A stretch of DNA of 59,248 bases from assembly GCA_023248875.1 (NCBI GenBank), contig JAHFDT010000003.1:1-59248 (forward strand), in the 5' to 3' direction. This stretch comes from Myxococcales bacterium. Lineage in GTDB: Bacteria; Myxococcota_A; Polyangia; Palsa-1104; SHYY01. The first letter of the stretch is position 1, and each line of letters starts with the position of its first letter. The notes beneath the pieces are model-generated. The model did not search any database. It worked only from the letters and a program-made list of their open reading frames with translations, and was not told where the DNA came from. The position numbers were made by a program, and so were the translations under genes. Positions 1 through 8,597 of this stretch are shown piece after piece.

Positions 1-3000
1 GGAGGCACACCCCTGTGGGGCATGTTGGGCCTGATCGCTCTGGGGCTGCGACGACGCTCGCTCCGCCGAGGCCTGCTTGCTCTCTTTGTTCTCGGTTCAG
101 TGGCGCAGGCTTCACCGAAGATCTTGATCTGCGCCGAAGACGATGGCGATGGCAGCGGCGCTGAGATCCAGGCCAAACTACAGGCCACCGGCTCTTTTTC
201 TGTCGTCGACCTGGTCGATTGCGGCGCGAGCACGCCCACGCTCGCCAAGCTCAAGGGCTATGACGGCGTTTTGGCGTTCAACTACGTTGGTTTCGCCGAC
301 CCTTCGACCTTGGGCGATCATCTCGCTGACTACGTCGATGGCGGCGGCGGCGTGGTCAACATGATGTTTGCCGTCGATCAGTGGGATGCACTCGCAGGTC
401 GCTGGCAAAGCGAGGAGTATGATTGCATCACTCCCGCCGGAGCGCTCTTCACCTCGTCGGCGCTCAAGCCGCAGGCCAATGCGCCGCAGAGCTCCGTGGT
501 CCAGGGGGTCGTGGGTCTGTCGACCAGCGAGCGGGCCGGAGGTGCACTCAACGCGAAGCGCGGTGCGATTTCGTTGTGGGACTACCAGGACGGCAAGGTG
601 GGCGTGTGCCAGATGACGGTGGGGCAGGCGGTGCGTGTCGACCTCAACTACTATCCCAACAAGGTCTACTACAAGGAGTCGCAGCCGGGCGACGGCATGA
701 AGCTGATCGCTAATGCGCTTCTGACGGTCACCAACGGACTCAGCCCCCTCAAAGCGGCACCGAGCCTGGTGACCTTCGTCGATACAGGAGTGGGCGGAAG
801 TTCGGCGGCGCAGACGGTTACCTTTACCAACAGCGCCGTGGCGGCGAAGAAAGTGAACCAGCTGCTCATCGCCGGTGTAAATGGTGGCGACTTCGCGATC
901 GTCAAGGCGCCGCAGCTGCCGCTTATGGTCGATGCTCAAAAGACGTTCACGGTGGAGGTGGTCTTCCAGCCCAGCAAGAGTGGTTCGCGCATCGCCTCGC
1001 TGCTCGCGGGTGTGAGCGGATTTCCCGGGCTGGCCAGTGTCGATCTCGTGGGCACTGGCCTGTCGTCGCAGGTGGTGGCGACGCCCACTGCGCTCGATGT
1101 GGGTCCCACCCAACTGGGCATAGCGATCACGAAGGACCTAACGATCAGCAACCTGGGGGGAGCGACGGTGACGGTCACAGGCGCCTCGGTGACGAGTGGC
1201 CAGGCCGACTACAGCCTGCTTGGATTGCCGGCTCTGCCCATTGCCCTAGGGCCGAGCGCCAGCTTTAAGGTGACGGTTCAGTACAAGCCCCAGAAGGGCG
1301 GTACTTCCGTCGGCAAGCTCACCCTCACCACCAACGACCCCAATACTCCCTCGTTCGACGTGGTGCTTTCGGGTTGTGCAGGGCCGGCAAAAATCAATCT
1401 GGATTCGTTGACGCTGCTATTTGGCAGCGTCAACGTGGGCGCCACCGCCAGCCAGACGCTCCTTCTCAGCAACGCCGGCTGTGCCGACCTCAGCGTCACG
1501 GGCTTGAAGATCACAGGGGCGGCCGACTATTCACTCGAACCGATCAATCCGCCCCTGGTGGTGACGCGCAAACAGAACCAGCCCCTGGTGGTGCTATTCA
1601 AACCGAAGGCCGCCGCTCAGAATCTCGCAGGGACGCTGACGGTCAGCTCCGACGACGCCAACACACCGACTCAGAATGTCAGTCTGATCGGCAGCGCCAC
1701 CAGCTCGATATTGGACACGACGCCGTCGAAGCTCAGCTTCGGCGACGTCCAGGTGAAGATGCCCTCGGCGCAGCAGGAGGTTACCGTCGCCAATTTTGGC
1801 ACCGGGTTGCTCAAGGTCATGGGAGTCACCTTCGATGTGGCTGGCTATGGCCTCAAGGGGCAGCTGCCGCCGCTATCGGTTTCGGGAGGCAATAGCACCA
1901 AGTTGGCGGTGGTCTGCACGCCGTCGACCCTCGGCGCGCTGCCGGGCAAGATGGCGATCGTCACCGATATCGCCACTCACCTGGTCGATCTCTCCTGCAA
2001 TGGGGTGGCTCCGAAGATCGCGGTGAGCCCCAACCCCATCGACCTCGGTACGACCCTCGTTGGCTTGGCTTCCGCCAAGGTCCCGGTGACCCTCAGCAAC
2101 AGCGGCAGCTACGATCTGCACATCACGGCGCTGGCGTTAGGGGGCGCGGATCAGAATGATTTCTCCTCCCCGAACGCTCCCTCGATGCTGACGCTGAAAC
2201 CCGCTGAAATGAAAACCTTCGACTTGGTTTTCACCGCATCTCGCAGTGCCAAAGAGTTGGCGGAAATCGACATTACCAGCGACGACCCGATGGTGCCCAA
2301 CCTGGCGGTTCCCATCACCGGTCTGGGCGTGCAACAGAGTTTTACGGTGACGCCACCAGTGGTCGATTGTGGCACTGTGGTTGTGGGGACGAGCAGCAAG
2401 CCGGCGGTCGTGACCATCACCAACACCGGCAATGTAGCGCTGCCTGTAAAGAGCGTTGCACTCGGAGGCACTGGTGCAGCGCTCTTTGGGATCGATATGG
2501 AGGGGCCGATTACGATCGACGTGGGCAAGAGCGCGATGGCCAACGTCACCTTTCGGCCGATTGCGATGGCGGCGGGACAAGCGGTACTGACCGTCAAGGC
2601 CGATGCGATCGCGCCAGTCACCGTGCAGATCAAGGGAGTAGGGATCCTGCCCACGCTCGGCAGCGTCATGCCGATGGCGCTCGACTTTGGCATGGTCGGC
2701 GTGGGAATCACCTCCGAGTCTCAGACGGTGACGCTCAAGAATGGTGCCGATGCGCTCGATATCGCCTCGATCGTTTCGAGCGAGGCCGACTTTGTGCTCG
2801 ACCTTGCGAAGACCACCTTGAACCTCGATCCCAATGCCACGACCACGTTCGCCGTGAGCTACCGCCCGTCGGTGGGCGTAGCCATCCATGGGGTCATCAG
2901 CCTGACCGTCAAGGGGGCGAATAGGCCGGCCATCCAGATCGCGGTCGCCGGAACTGGGGTCACGGCGCCGGCGGGCTGTTCTGTGGGCCGTCGTGCCGGT

Positions 3001-3063
3001 TCCCTCGCGCCGCTCCTGGCGCTTCTTCTGCTGGTCGTATTGCGCAGGGTGGCGCGTGGGTAG
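1..3063 (+). CDS. Large surface protein, 5'-partial: N-terminal alpha/beta domain, ~7 ASH/choice-of-anchor D Ig-like repeats, C-terminal MYXO-CTERM-type sorting tail
   Basis: Frame open from base 1 (GGTPLWG before the track's Met at 22). About seven ~105-aa repeats starting with P-x-x-L-x-F-G-like motifs and carrying T(L/I)xN.G; ends GCSVGRRAGSLAPLLALLLLVVLRR. Confidence 0.85.
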   Translation, partial: GGTPLWGMLGLIALGLRRRSLRRGLLALFVLGSVAQASPKILICAEDDGDGSGAEIQAKLQATGSFSVVDLVDCGASTPTLAKLKGYDGVLAFNYVGFADPSTLGDHLADYVDGGGGVVNMMFAVDQWDALAGRWQSEEYDCITPAGALFTSSALKPQANAPQSSVVQGVVGLSTSERAGGALNAKRGAISLWDYQDGKVGVCQMTVGQAVRVDLNYYPNKVYYKESQPGDGMKLIANALLTVTNGLSPLKAAPSLVTFVDTGVGGSSAAQTVTFTNSAVAAKKVNQLLIAGVNGGDFAIVKAPQLPLMVDAQKTFTVEVVFQPSKSGSRIASLLAGVSGFPGLASVDLVGTGLSSQVVATPTALDVGPTQLGIAITKDLTISNLGGATVTVTGASVTSGQADYSLLGLPALPIALGPSASFKVTVQYKPQKGGTSVGKLTLTTNDPNTPSFDVVLSGCAGPAKINLDSLTLLFGSVNVGATASQTLLLSNAGCADLSVTGLKITGAADYSLEPINPPLVVTRKQNQPLVVLFKPKAAAQNLAGTLTVSSDDANTPTQNVSLIGSATSSILDTTPSKLSFGDVQVKMPSAQQEVTVANFGTGLLKVMGVTFDVAGYGLKGQLPPLSVSGGNSTKLAVVCTPSTLGALPGKMAIVTDIATHLVDLSCNGVAPKIAVSPNPIDLGTTLVGLASAKVPVTLSNSGSYDLHITALALGGADQNDFSSPNAPSMLTLKPAEMKTFDLVFTASRSAKELAEIDITSDDPMVPNLAVPITGLGVQQSFTVTPPVVDCGTVVVGTSSKPAVVTITNTGNVALPVKSVALGGTGAALFGIDMEGPITIDVGKSAMANVTFRPIAMAAGQAVLTVKADAIAPVTVQIKGVGILPTLGSVMPMALDFGMVGVGITSESQTVTLKNGADALDIASIVSSEADFVLDLAKTTLNLDPNATTTFAVSYRPSVGVAIHGVISLTVKGANRPAIQIAVAGTGVTAPAGCSVGRRAGSLAPLLALLLLVVLRRVARG

Positions 3064-4504
3064 CAGTCGGTGTGCTCTTGCGCTCCTAGTTCTCGCGACC
3101 AGCTGCCGACCGAGTCCGCAGCCGCTCGCTCCGCTCCCTTTCGTCAAGCCGGCGATCCCTCCGATCGCGACTCTTGATGACCCCACATTCTTCGGCTATC
3201 TGCGCGTGCGCGATCCCCTCGGTCTCGCTCGACGATTCGGTGGCAAGCTCCCCGCGCTCGCGGCGAGCTCACTCGAAGCGCTTCCGGTCGATCGAGCCTC
3301 TGCCCTCTTCGCCTGGCGGCCGGAAAACGACCTACCCAAAGACCTTCCTCTGGTCGGCCTGGTCCCGCTGCCGGAGAGCTCGCAGCTGGTCGGGCTAGCC
3401 AAGCTTTTCGTTCCGACTGTGCAGACAGCGCCGCTCGGTCGTGACACCCTCGTTGCGCTCAACGCCGAGGGCTTGGCTCGGGCTCAGACGAGGGGCGACT
3501 GGCTGACCCGGGTCATCGAAACGGGGCCGGGCGACCTGCTGCTACAGGTTCAGCTGGACGCGCTGATCCAGAAGTATGGCGCCGCGCTTGCCAAGAGGCC
3601 GCGCGCGCTCCTCGAGCGGTGGCAGTCGCTGGTGTTGGGCCTCTCTGTAGAGCCGCAAACGATCGAGCTGTTCGCGATCACGCGCGGTCGGCGCCCCGCG
3701 ATGGCGCGGCCTGCGCTCCATCCCGAGTTGGGACGGTTTCTTCCTCCAGGTGACGTCCGCTTTCAGGCCGCCGCCGGGGCCTTCGCTGAGGTGCCACTCC
3801 CCGGCCTGGAGCCATGGCAGAAGCAGTGGGCTGAGACCGTCGGCGAGCGCGGCGAGTGGGCGCTGAGCGCCTCCTTCAATGCACAGCGAGGGCTGCGTAT
3901 TACACAGATCGTCTTCTCCGATCGAGCGGAGGAGCTGCTGCGCGTCTGGCGGCAGCTCCATACCGGCATCCGCGATGCGGCGTTTCGATCGAACTTTGAT
4001 CGGCAGGGGATTTTGAGCCAATACCGCGATGCCGGGGAGGTGCGAAAGATTCTCGGCTGGCCGGTCTATCGTGAAGAGCTTCCAGTGACGGTCAAAGAGC
4101 CCAGCAAGATGGGTGAGTGGGTGCTCCGCCTGTTTGGAGAACGCATCGAGATGGAGACGCTACGCATCGGCCCCTACTTGGTGTGGATGATGAACGGTAG
4201 CGCCGACGAACTCGAGTCTATCGCCCGCGCGCTTGCCCACGGTGAGCCGTCTCAGCCCGGATTGGTGGCACAGCGCGTCTGGCCGGGCGGCGGTCTCGTC
4301 TATGGGGATGTCGATGTGCAGCGGTTGTGGAACAGCTATGCGGTGCTGGTGCAGCCCACTCTGCCGAGGCCCCTGCCCCAGATCGATCGCGCCCTGCCGA
4401 TCGTGACGCTGGCCGGCTACGAGCGCGGGCCAGAGACCTACTACCGGCTAAAGGTTCCTGAAGTGGTGCTTGCGCAGGTACGGGAGATACTGAGCCATCG
4501 CTAA
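3056..4504 (+). CDS. Hypothetical lipoprotein
   Basis: In-frame GTG at 3056, 8-bp overlap with upstream gene; N-terminus ...CALALLVLATSC is lipobox-like. No family recognised. Confidence 0.65.
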   Translation: MGSSRCALALLVLATSCRPSPQPLAPLPFVKPAIPPIATLDDPTFFGYLRVRDPLGLARRFGGKLPALAASSLEALPVDRASALFAWRPENDLPKDLPLVGLVPLPESSQLVGLAKLFVPTVQTAPLGRDTLVALNAEGLARAQTRGDWLTRVIETGPGDLLLQVQLDALIQKYGAALAKRPRALLERWQSLVLGLSVEPQTIELFAITRGRRPAMARPALHPELGRFLPPGDVRFQAAAGAFAEVPLPGLEPWQKQWAETVGERGEWALSASFNAQRGLRITQIVFSDRAEELLRVWRQLHTGIRDAAFRSNFDRQGILSQYRDAGEVRKILGWPVYREELPVTVKEPSKMGEWVLRLFGERIEMETLRIGPYLVWMMNGSADELESIARALAHGEPSQPGLVAQRVWPGGGLVYGDVDVQRLWNSYAVLVQPTLPRPLPQIDRALPIVTLAGYERGPETYYRLKVPEVVLAQVREILSHR

Positions 4505-6003
4505 CGCGGCTTCTCGCTCTCCATCAGAGGCGAGAAGAAATTGTCTTTCTTGGTGTACTCATCGACCACGAAGGCAAACTTGTAGCTGGGTGCAGCGCGC
4601 TGGTTGCAGTCGGTGCGTTCGCAAAAGGCGCAGCTCGAACCGGTGGGGATCGCCATTTTTTGCGGATCGGTCAGCGGCACATCCTGGGCATAGGCGAGAT
4701 GGCGCGCCGCATCGGCGTGGGTCCCGAGACCGATCGAGTAGCTGGTACCGCGGATGATCGAGCCCTGCGCCGGCTGCACCATCACCTTGGCGAAGCAGAA
4801 GTAGGTGGTGCGGTCGGGCATCAGGCTGTATTGCCGGGTGATCGACGAGGGGTTGAGAAAGGCGGAGTGCACCGCCCATTTGGGACAAGAGCCCGACGCG
4901 ACCGGTACTTTCAGGCCGGTCGCCGAATAGACCTTCGAGATGTTACCGGCGATATCGCTGCGCAGAAAATGCATCGGGATGCCGGGACGGCGAGGGTCCG
5001 CGAGATTGCATACGCGGTGGGCGACCGCCTCGTAGGAGACCTCAAACAGATTCGAAAGCAGCTCGATGTCGTATCGGGTGCGCTCCACCTCGCGATGAAA
5101 ATCCTCGTAGGGCAGGAGCAGCGCGCCGCCGAAATAGTTGCCGAGGTGGATCTTGATGAGGCGCGAGGTCTCCGCATGGCGGGGCTTGAACTCGCGCGCA
5201 AGTCGCTCGTCGAGGGCGCTTTCGTCGAGAACGCGTAGGCCAATCGAGGTGGCCAGCTGAAATTTGAGCGGCTGTTCGAGCAGATTGGGTGAAAAAGTGA
5301 GCGTGTTGCGCTCGGAATCATAGTGGCGGACCACTGAACCGGCGCGCGGTGCGGCCCAGGCCACCTTGGTGCGAAACTCCTTCTTGAGCACTTCGATCAG
5401 ATTCTCGGAGAGCACGCGGCGCGGCAGCTTGTAGTCGCGTCGTAACCGTTCGGCGGCGGCTTCCAGCTCCGGAAAATAGTTCTTTTGCCGCTGGAGAAAA
5501 TCGGTCACCTCGTCGAAAGGCGAATAGCCGAGGCGCCGGGGGTTCTCATCGCTGCCGCTACCGCGCCGTCGCACGCTCGCCTTGGCCGTCGCCTGGCGGT
5601 GCATGCGCTCGAGCACGCTTTCAAGCTGTGTGCGGGTGTTCTTGTAAAGGTTAAACAGCGCCGCGATGGTTGCCGCCATTTTCGGTTCCGTGGAAAAATC
5701 AGCGAGGTCTTGCGAGGTGATATTCAGCGATTTGAGCAGCGGCTCATCGAGCAGGCGTGCCAGCCCCTCTTCCACACGCTGCTTGCCGAGCGATCCCATG
5801 AAGGTCTCGACCTCTACGTCGTACAGCGACAGCGCCTTCCAGAGCAGCGGTAGCTGGACGGTTCGCTTTCCCTTTTCGATCAGATTCATGTAGGCCGCTG
5901 AAATGCCCAGCTGACGGGCCACCTCCGCCTGCTCCCGGCCTCGTTCGAGTCGCAACTCACGGAGTCGGTGGCCAATGCTGGCATTGACCCGCTGGGTCTC
6001 CAT
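4501..6003 (-). CDS. ScfR/RamB/PccR-family short-chain fatty acyl-CoA regulator (XRE HTH, C-terminal Cys motif)
   Basis: N-terminal HTH (QAEVARQLGISAAYMNLIEKGKR), RSDIAGNISK, CPKW, and C-terminal CAFCERTDCNQRA motif typical of the family; divergent from acyl-CoA assimilation operon. Confidence 0.9.
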   Translation of the reverse strand: METQRVNASIGHRLRELRLERGREQAEVARQLGISAAYMNLIEKGKRTVQLPLLWKALSLYDVEVETFMGSLGKQRVEEGLARLLDEPLLKSLNITSQDLADFSTEPKMAATIAALFNLYKNTRTQLESVLERMHRQATAKASVRRRGSGSDENPRRLGYSPFDEVTDFLQRQKNYFPELEAAAERLRRDYKLPRRVLSENLIEVLKKEFRTKVAWAAPRAGSVVRHYDSERNTLTFSPNLLEQPLKFQLATSIGLRVLDESALDERLAREFKPRHAETSRLIKIHLGNYFGGALLLPYEDFHREVERTRYDIELLSNLFEVSYEAVAHRVCNLADPRRPGIPMHFLRSDIAGNISKVYSATGLKVPVASGSCPKWAVHSAFLNPSSITRQYSLMPDRTTYFCFAKVMVQPAQGSIIRGTSYSIGLGTHADAARHLAYAQDVPLTDPQKMAIPTGSSCAFCERTDCNQRAAPSYKFAFVVDEYTKKDNFFSPLMESEKPR

Positions 6004-6030
6004 ATTCGAATCCAAGGGAAGGGCCTCCTG

Positions 6031-6081
6031 TTTAATTTACAAGCAGTTTACTTGTAAACTGGATTGGTAATCCATTGTAAA
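6031..6081. promoter_or_regulatory. Putative ScfR operator region
   Basis: AT-rich; TTTACAA 6036-6042, TTGTAAA 6052-6058 and 6075-6081; palindrome CAGTTTAC-TT-GTAAACTG 6044-6061; resembles TTTGCAAA boxes known for RamB/PccR. Confidence 0.6.
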
Positions 6082-6114
6082 TCTCCAGTAAAGCGTAACC
6101 ATTGACTTTGTTTG

Positions 6115-6144
6115 TTGACACTTTATCCGCCTGCAGAGGAAGAT
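6115..6144 (+). promoter_or_regulatory. Possible sigma70 promoter of the ethylmalonyl-CoA operon
   Basis: Perfect TTGACA at 6115-6120; only a weak -10 (GAAGAT 6139-6144). Confidence 0.4.
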
Positions 6145-6184
6145 GGCATTAGCCTGTTAACTAGAAAATCTCTTGGAGGAGCTG

Positions 6185-7357
6185 GTGACCCAGAGTGAAG
6201 TCCAGGCCGCACACCACGAGATTCGCGCGTCGGTGCGGGAATTCGTCGAGCGGGAAGTCCTCCCCATTTGTGACGAGCTCGACAACCGCGATCAGGAGAT
6301 CCCGCTTTCGGTCATCGGCAAGATGGCCGAGCTCGGCTACTTTGGCCTCATCTTCCCGCCGGAATACGGCGGCATGGGGCTCGATACGGCAGCGATGGCG
6401 ATCGTGACCGAAGAGCTCTCACGTGGTTGGCTTTCGGTGGGCAGTGTGATGACGCGCATGCTGATCACGGGCTCGCTTATCATGGCTCACGGCACCGAGG
6501 AGCAGAAGCGGCGCTTTCTGCCCAAGATCTGCTCGGGTGAACTACTGACCGCGGCCGCCTTTACCGAGCCCGACGTGGGCAGCGATACCGCCGCCATGAA
6601 GCTGCGCGCCGAGCGTCACGGCGATCGCTACCTTCTCACCGGTGAGAAGACCTGGTGCACCTTTGCCAACCGCGCCCATGTGCTCACAGTGCTCGCGCGC
6701 ACTCACGCCGACGCCAAGCCGAAGCACAAGGGGCTGTCTATTCTGCTGGTGGAGAAGATCCCCGGCGACAGTTTTGCGCCACCCGAGCTGGGGGGATCGC
6801 CCATCCCGACCATCGGCTACAAGGGGATGCGCTCCTATTCTCTCCAGTTCGACGGCTACGCCTGCCCCGCCGAAAATCTGCTCGGCGGTGAGGAGGGCAA
6901 GGGCTTTTACCAGCTGATGGCTACCTACGAATACGCGCGCATTCAGACTGCCGCGCGCGCGGTCGGCGTCGCTCAGGCCGCCTACGAAGCGGCCCTTGAC
7001 TATTCACGCGAGCGTGTTCAGTTCGACCAGCCGATCGCCTCCTTTCAGGTGATCCGACACAAGCTCGCCCACGCGGCGACCGAGATCGAAGCCGCCAGGA
7101 GGCTCTGCTACTACGCCGCGGAGATGAAGGACACGGGGAGGCGGTGCGATCTCGAGGCCGGCATGGCCAAGGTGTTCGCGGCCGAGATGGCGGAACGGGT
7201 AACCTCCGAAATGCTCCAGGTTTTCGGCGGATACGGCTACTCGCGCGAATACCCGGCGCAGCGCTTCTGGCGGGATGCGCGGGTCTTTCGCATTTTCGAA
7301 GGCACCTCCGAAATTCAATATGAAGTGATCGCCAGGAGGCTGATCGGAGACAAATGA
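6185..7357 (+). CDS. mcd: Acyl-CoA dehydrogenase, probable (2S)-methylsuccinyl-CoA dehydrogenase
   Basis: ACAD motifs FTEPDVGSD, FGGYGY, IFEGTSEIQ; Mcd-like IGYKGM and ARIQTAARAVGVAQ; context with mch and ccr. GTG start chosen for GGAGGA RBS (track uses TTG 6173). Confidence 0.8.
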   Translation: MTQSEVQAAHHEIRASVREFVEREVLPICDELDNRDQEIPLSVIGKMAELGYFGLIFPPEYGGMGLDTAAMAIVTEELSRGWLSVGSVMTRMLITGSLIMAHGTEEQKRRFLPKICSGELLTAAAFTEPDVGSDTAAMKLRAERHGDRYLLTGEKTWCTFANRAHVLTVLARTHADAKPKHKGLSILLVEKIPGDSFAPPELGGSPIPTIGYKGMRSYSLQFDGYACPAENLLGGEEGKGFYQLMATYEYARIQTAARAVGVAQAAYEAALDYSRERVQFDQPIASFQVIRHKLAHAATEIEAARRLCYYAAEMKDTGRRCDLEAGMAKVFAAEMAERVTSEMLQVFGGYGYSREYPAQRFWRDARVFRIFEGTSEIQYEVIARRLIGDK

Positions 7358-7407
7358 AGGTAAACGTTCACGGGGTGAGAAATGGAACGTTGTGATTTTG
7401 GGCACTT

Positions 7408-7482
7408 CCGCGCGGTCCTCGCGCGGTGGGGGGGCGGCTCGACGAGCTTTGCTCGTCGAGGGGGGGACGGGAAAGTCCCCCC
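7408..7482. repeat. Three-hairpin intergenic element, copy 1
   Basis: CCGCGCG-N5-CGCGCGG (7408-7426), CTCGACGAGC-TTT-GCTCGTCGAG (7438-7460), GGGGGGAC-GGGAAA-GTCCCCCC (7461-7482); homologous to 45732-45803. Confidence 0.85.
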
Positions 7483-7505
7483 TGTGAACGGAGACAAATA
7501 AAACA

Positions 7506-8594
7506 ATGAGCGTGCTGACCCCTCGCTACGGGCGCCTGCTCGGCGATTTTACCGTTGGTGCCACCTATCAGCATCCCTGGGAGGTGACGATCGACGAGGG
7601 CATGGTGGCGCTGTTTGCGGCCTCGTTCCAGGACGCTATGCCGCTGTTCGCTTCGAACGCCTTTGCTCAGGCGATGAACTTTCCCTCGCGGCCGCTCCAT
7701 CCGCTCCTGTGCCTCAACCTGGCGCTGTCCTTCTCGGTGCACGATGTTTCCGAACAGGCCATCGCGCATCTCGCCTACCTCGATGTCCGTTTTCCCGATG
7801 CCGGCTTTGTCGGCGATACGGTCACCGCACGCTCTACCGTCATCGACGTCAGAACTGCATCGAGCGGTGACAAGGGCGTCGTGCATGTGCGCACGGCGCT
7901 CGAAGAGACGAATGGCCGTGTGCTCTGCATCTTCGAACGGAAGGCGCTCATTCGCGCCGGCCACAGTGAATCCTCCCTGCTCGTCGCCTCGGATGCGTAC
8001 GCCGTGCCGCCGCTCGTTGAGGTGCACGAACTGCCGGTGGAGTTCGCCCGGGTTACACCGCCGCACCGGCCCGCCCGTTTTGGCCGCTACTGGGAGGATT
8101 TTTCAGTCGGTCAGACGTTCGCCCATGGCATCGGCCACACCATCGGCGAGAGCGAGCACATGCAGCTGACCACGATCCTTCGCAACAGCCATCCGCTCCA
8201 CTTTGATCAGCTCTACTGTGCCGACCACTCCTTCACCAAAGAGCGCGTGGTCTACGGCGGGCTGGTGTTCGCCTGGACGGCCGCAGCGAGCTCTCGCGAT
8301 CTTGCCGGCCAGGCGGTATGGGATCTGCAGTATCGCCAAGGAGCCCATCCGGCATCGGTGGCGGCGGGCGATACAATTTATGCAGCGTCGCGCATCCTCG
8401 CTCTCACGGATCGTGGAATGCTGGGTGCTGTGACAACGACGCTGGTGGGCCTCAAGAACATCACGGCGCGTGCGGCCGTCGAGCGCTATGGCGAGGCGCT
8501 GTTCGCAGAGGAGCTGTTGAAAAAGGAGCACAAGATCGGTGAAAAGGTGTTCGAAATTCAACGCACGATGCTGGTGCAAAAGAGGCCCGCGTAA
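7506..8594 (+). CDS. mch: Double MaoC/hotdog hydratase, probable mesaconyl-CoA hydratase
   Basis: Two MaoC-like halves (GRLLGDFTVG; GRYWEDFSVG...NSHPLHFD...VYGG); ethylmalonyl-CoA pathway context. Confidence 0.8.
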   Translation: MSVLTPRYGRLLGDFTVGATYQHPWEVTIDEGMVALFAASFQDAMPLFASNAFAQAMNFPSRPLHPLLCLNLALSFSVHDVSEQAIAHLAYLDVRFPDAGFVGDTVTARSTVIDVRTASSGDKGVVHVRTALEETNGRVLCIFERKALIRAGHSESSLLVASDAYAVPPLVEVHELPVEFARVTPPHRPARFGRYWEDFSVGQTFAHGIGHTIGESEHMQLTTILRNSHPLHFDQLYCADHSFTKERVVYGGLVFAWTAAASSRDLAGQAVWDLQYRQGAHPASVAAGDTIYAASRILALTDRGMLGAVTTTLVGLKNITARAAVERYGEALFAEELLKKEHKIGEKVFEIQRTMLVQKRPA

Positions 8595-8597
8595 CGG

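Noticed and set aside
7438-7482. Rho-independent terminator
   Set aside because: Strong stems but no U-tract on the coding strand, and position is inside an apparent operon.
7358-7505. Cobalamin riboswitch upstream of the B12 mutase genes
   Set aside because: Only a GGGAA fragment matches; other conserved boxes not found, and a homologous copy lies in the unrelated glt operon.
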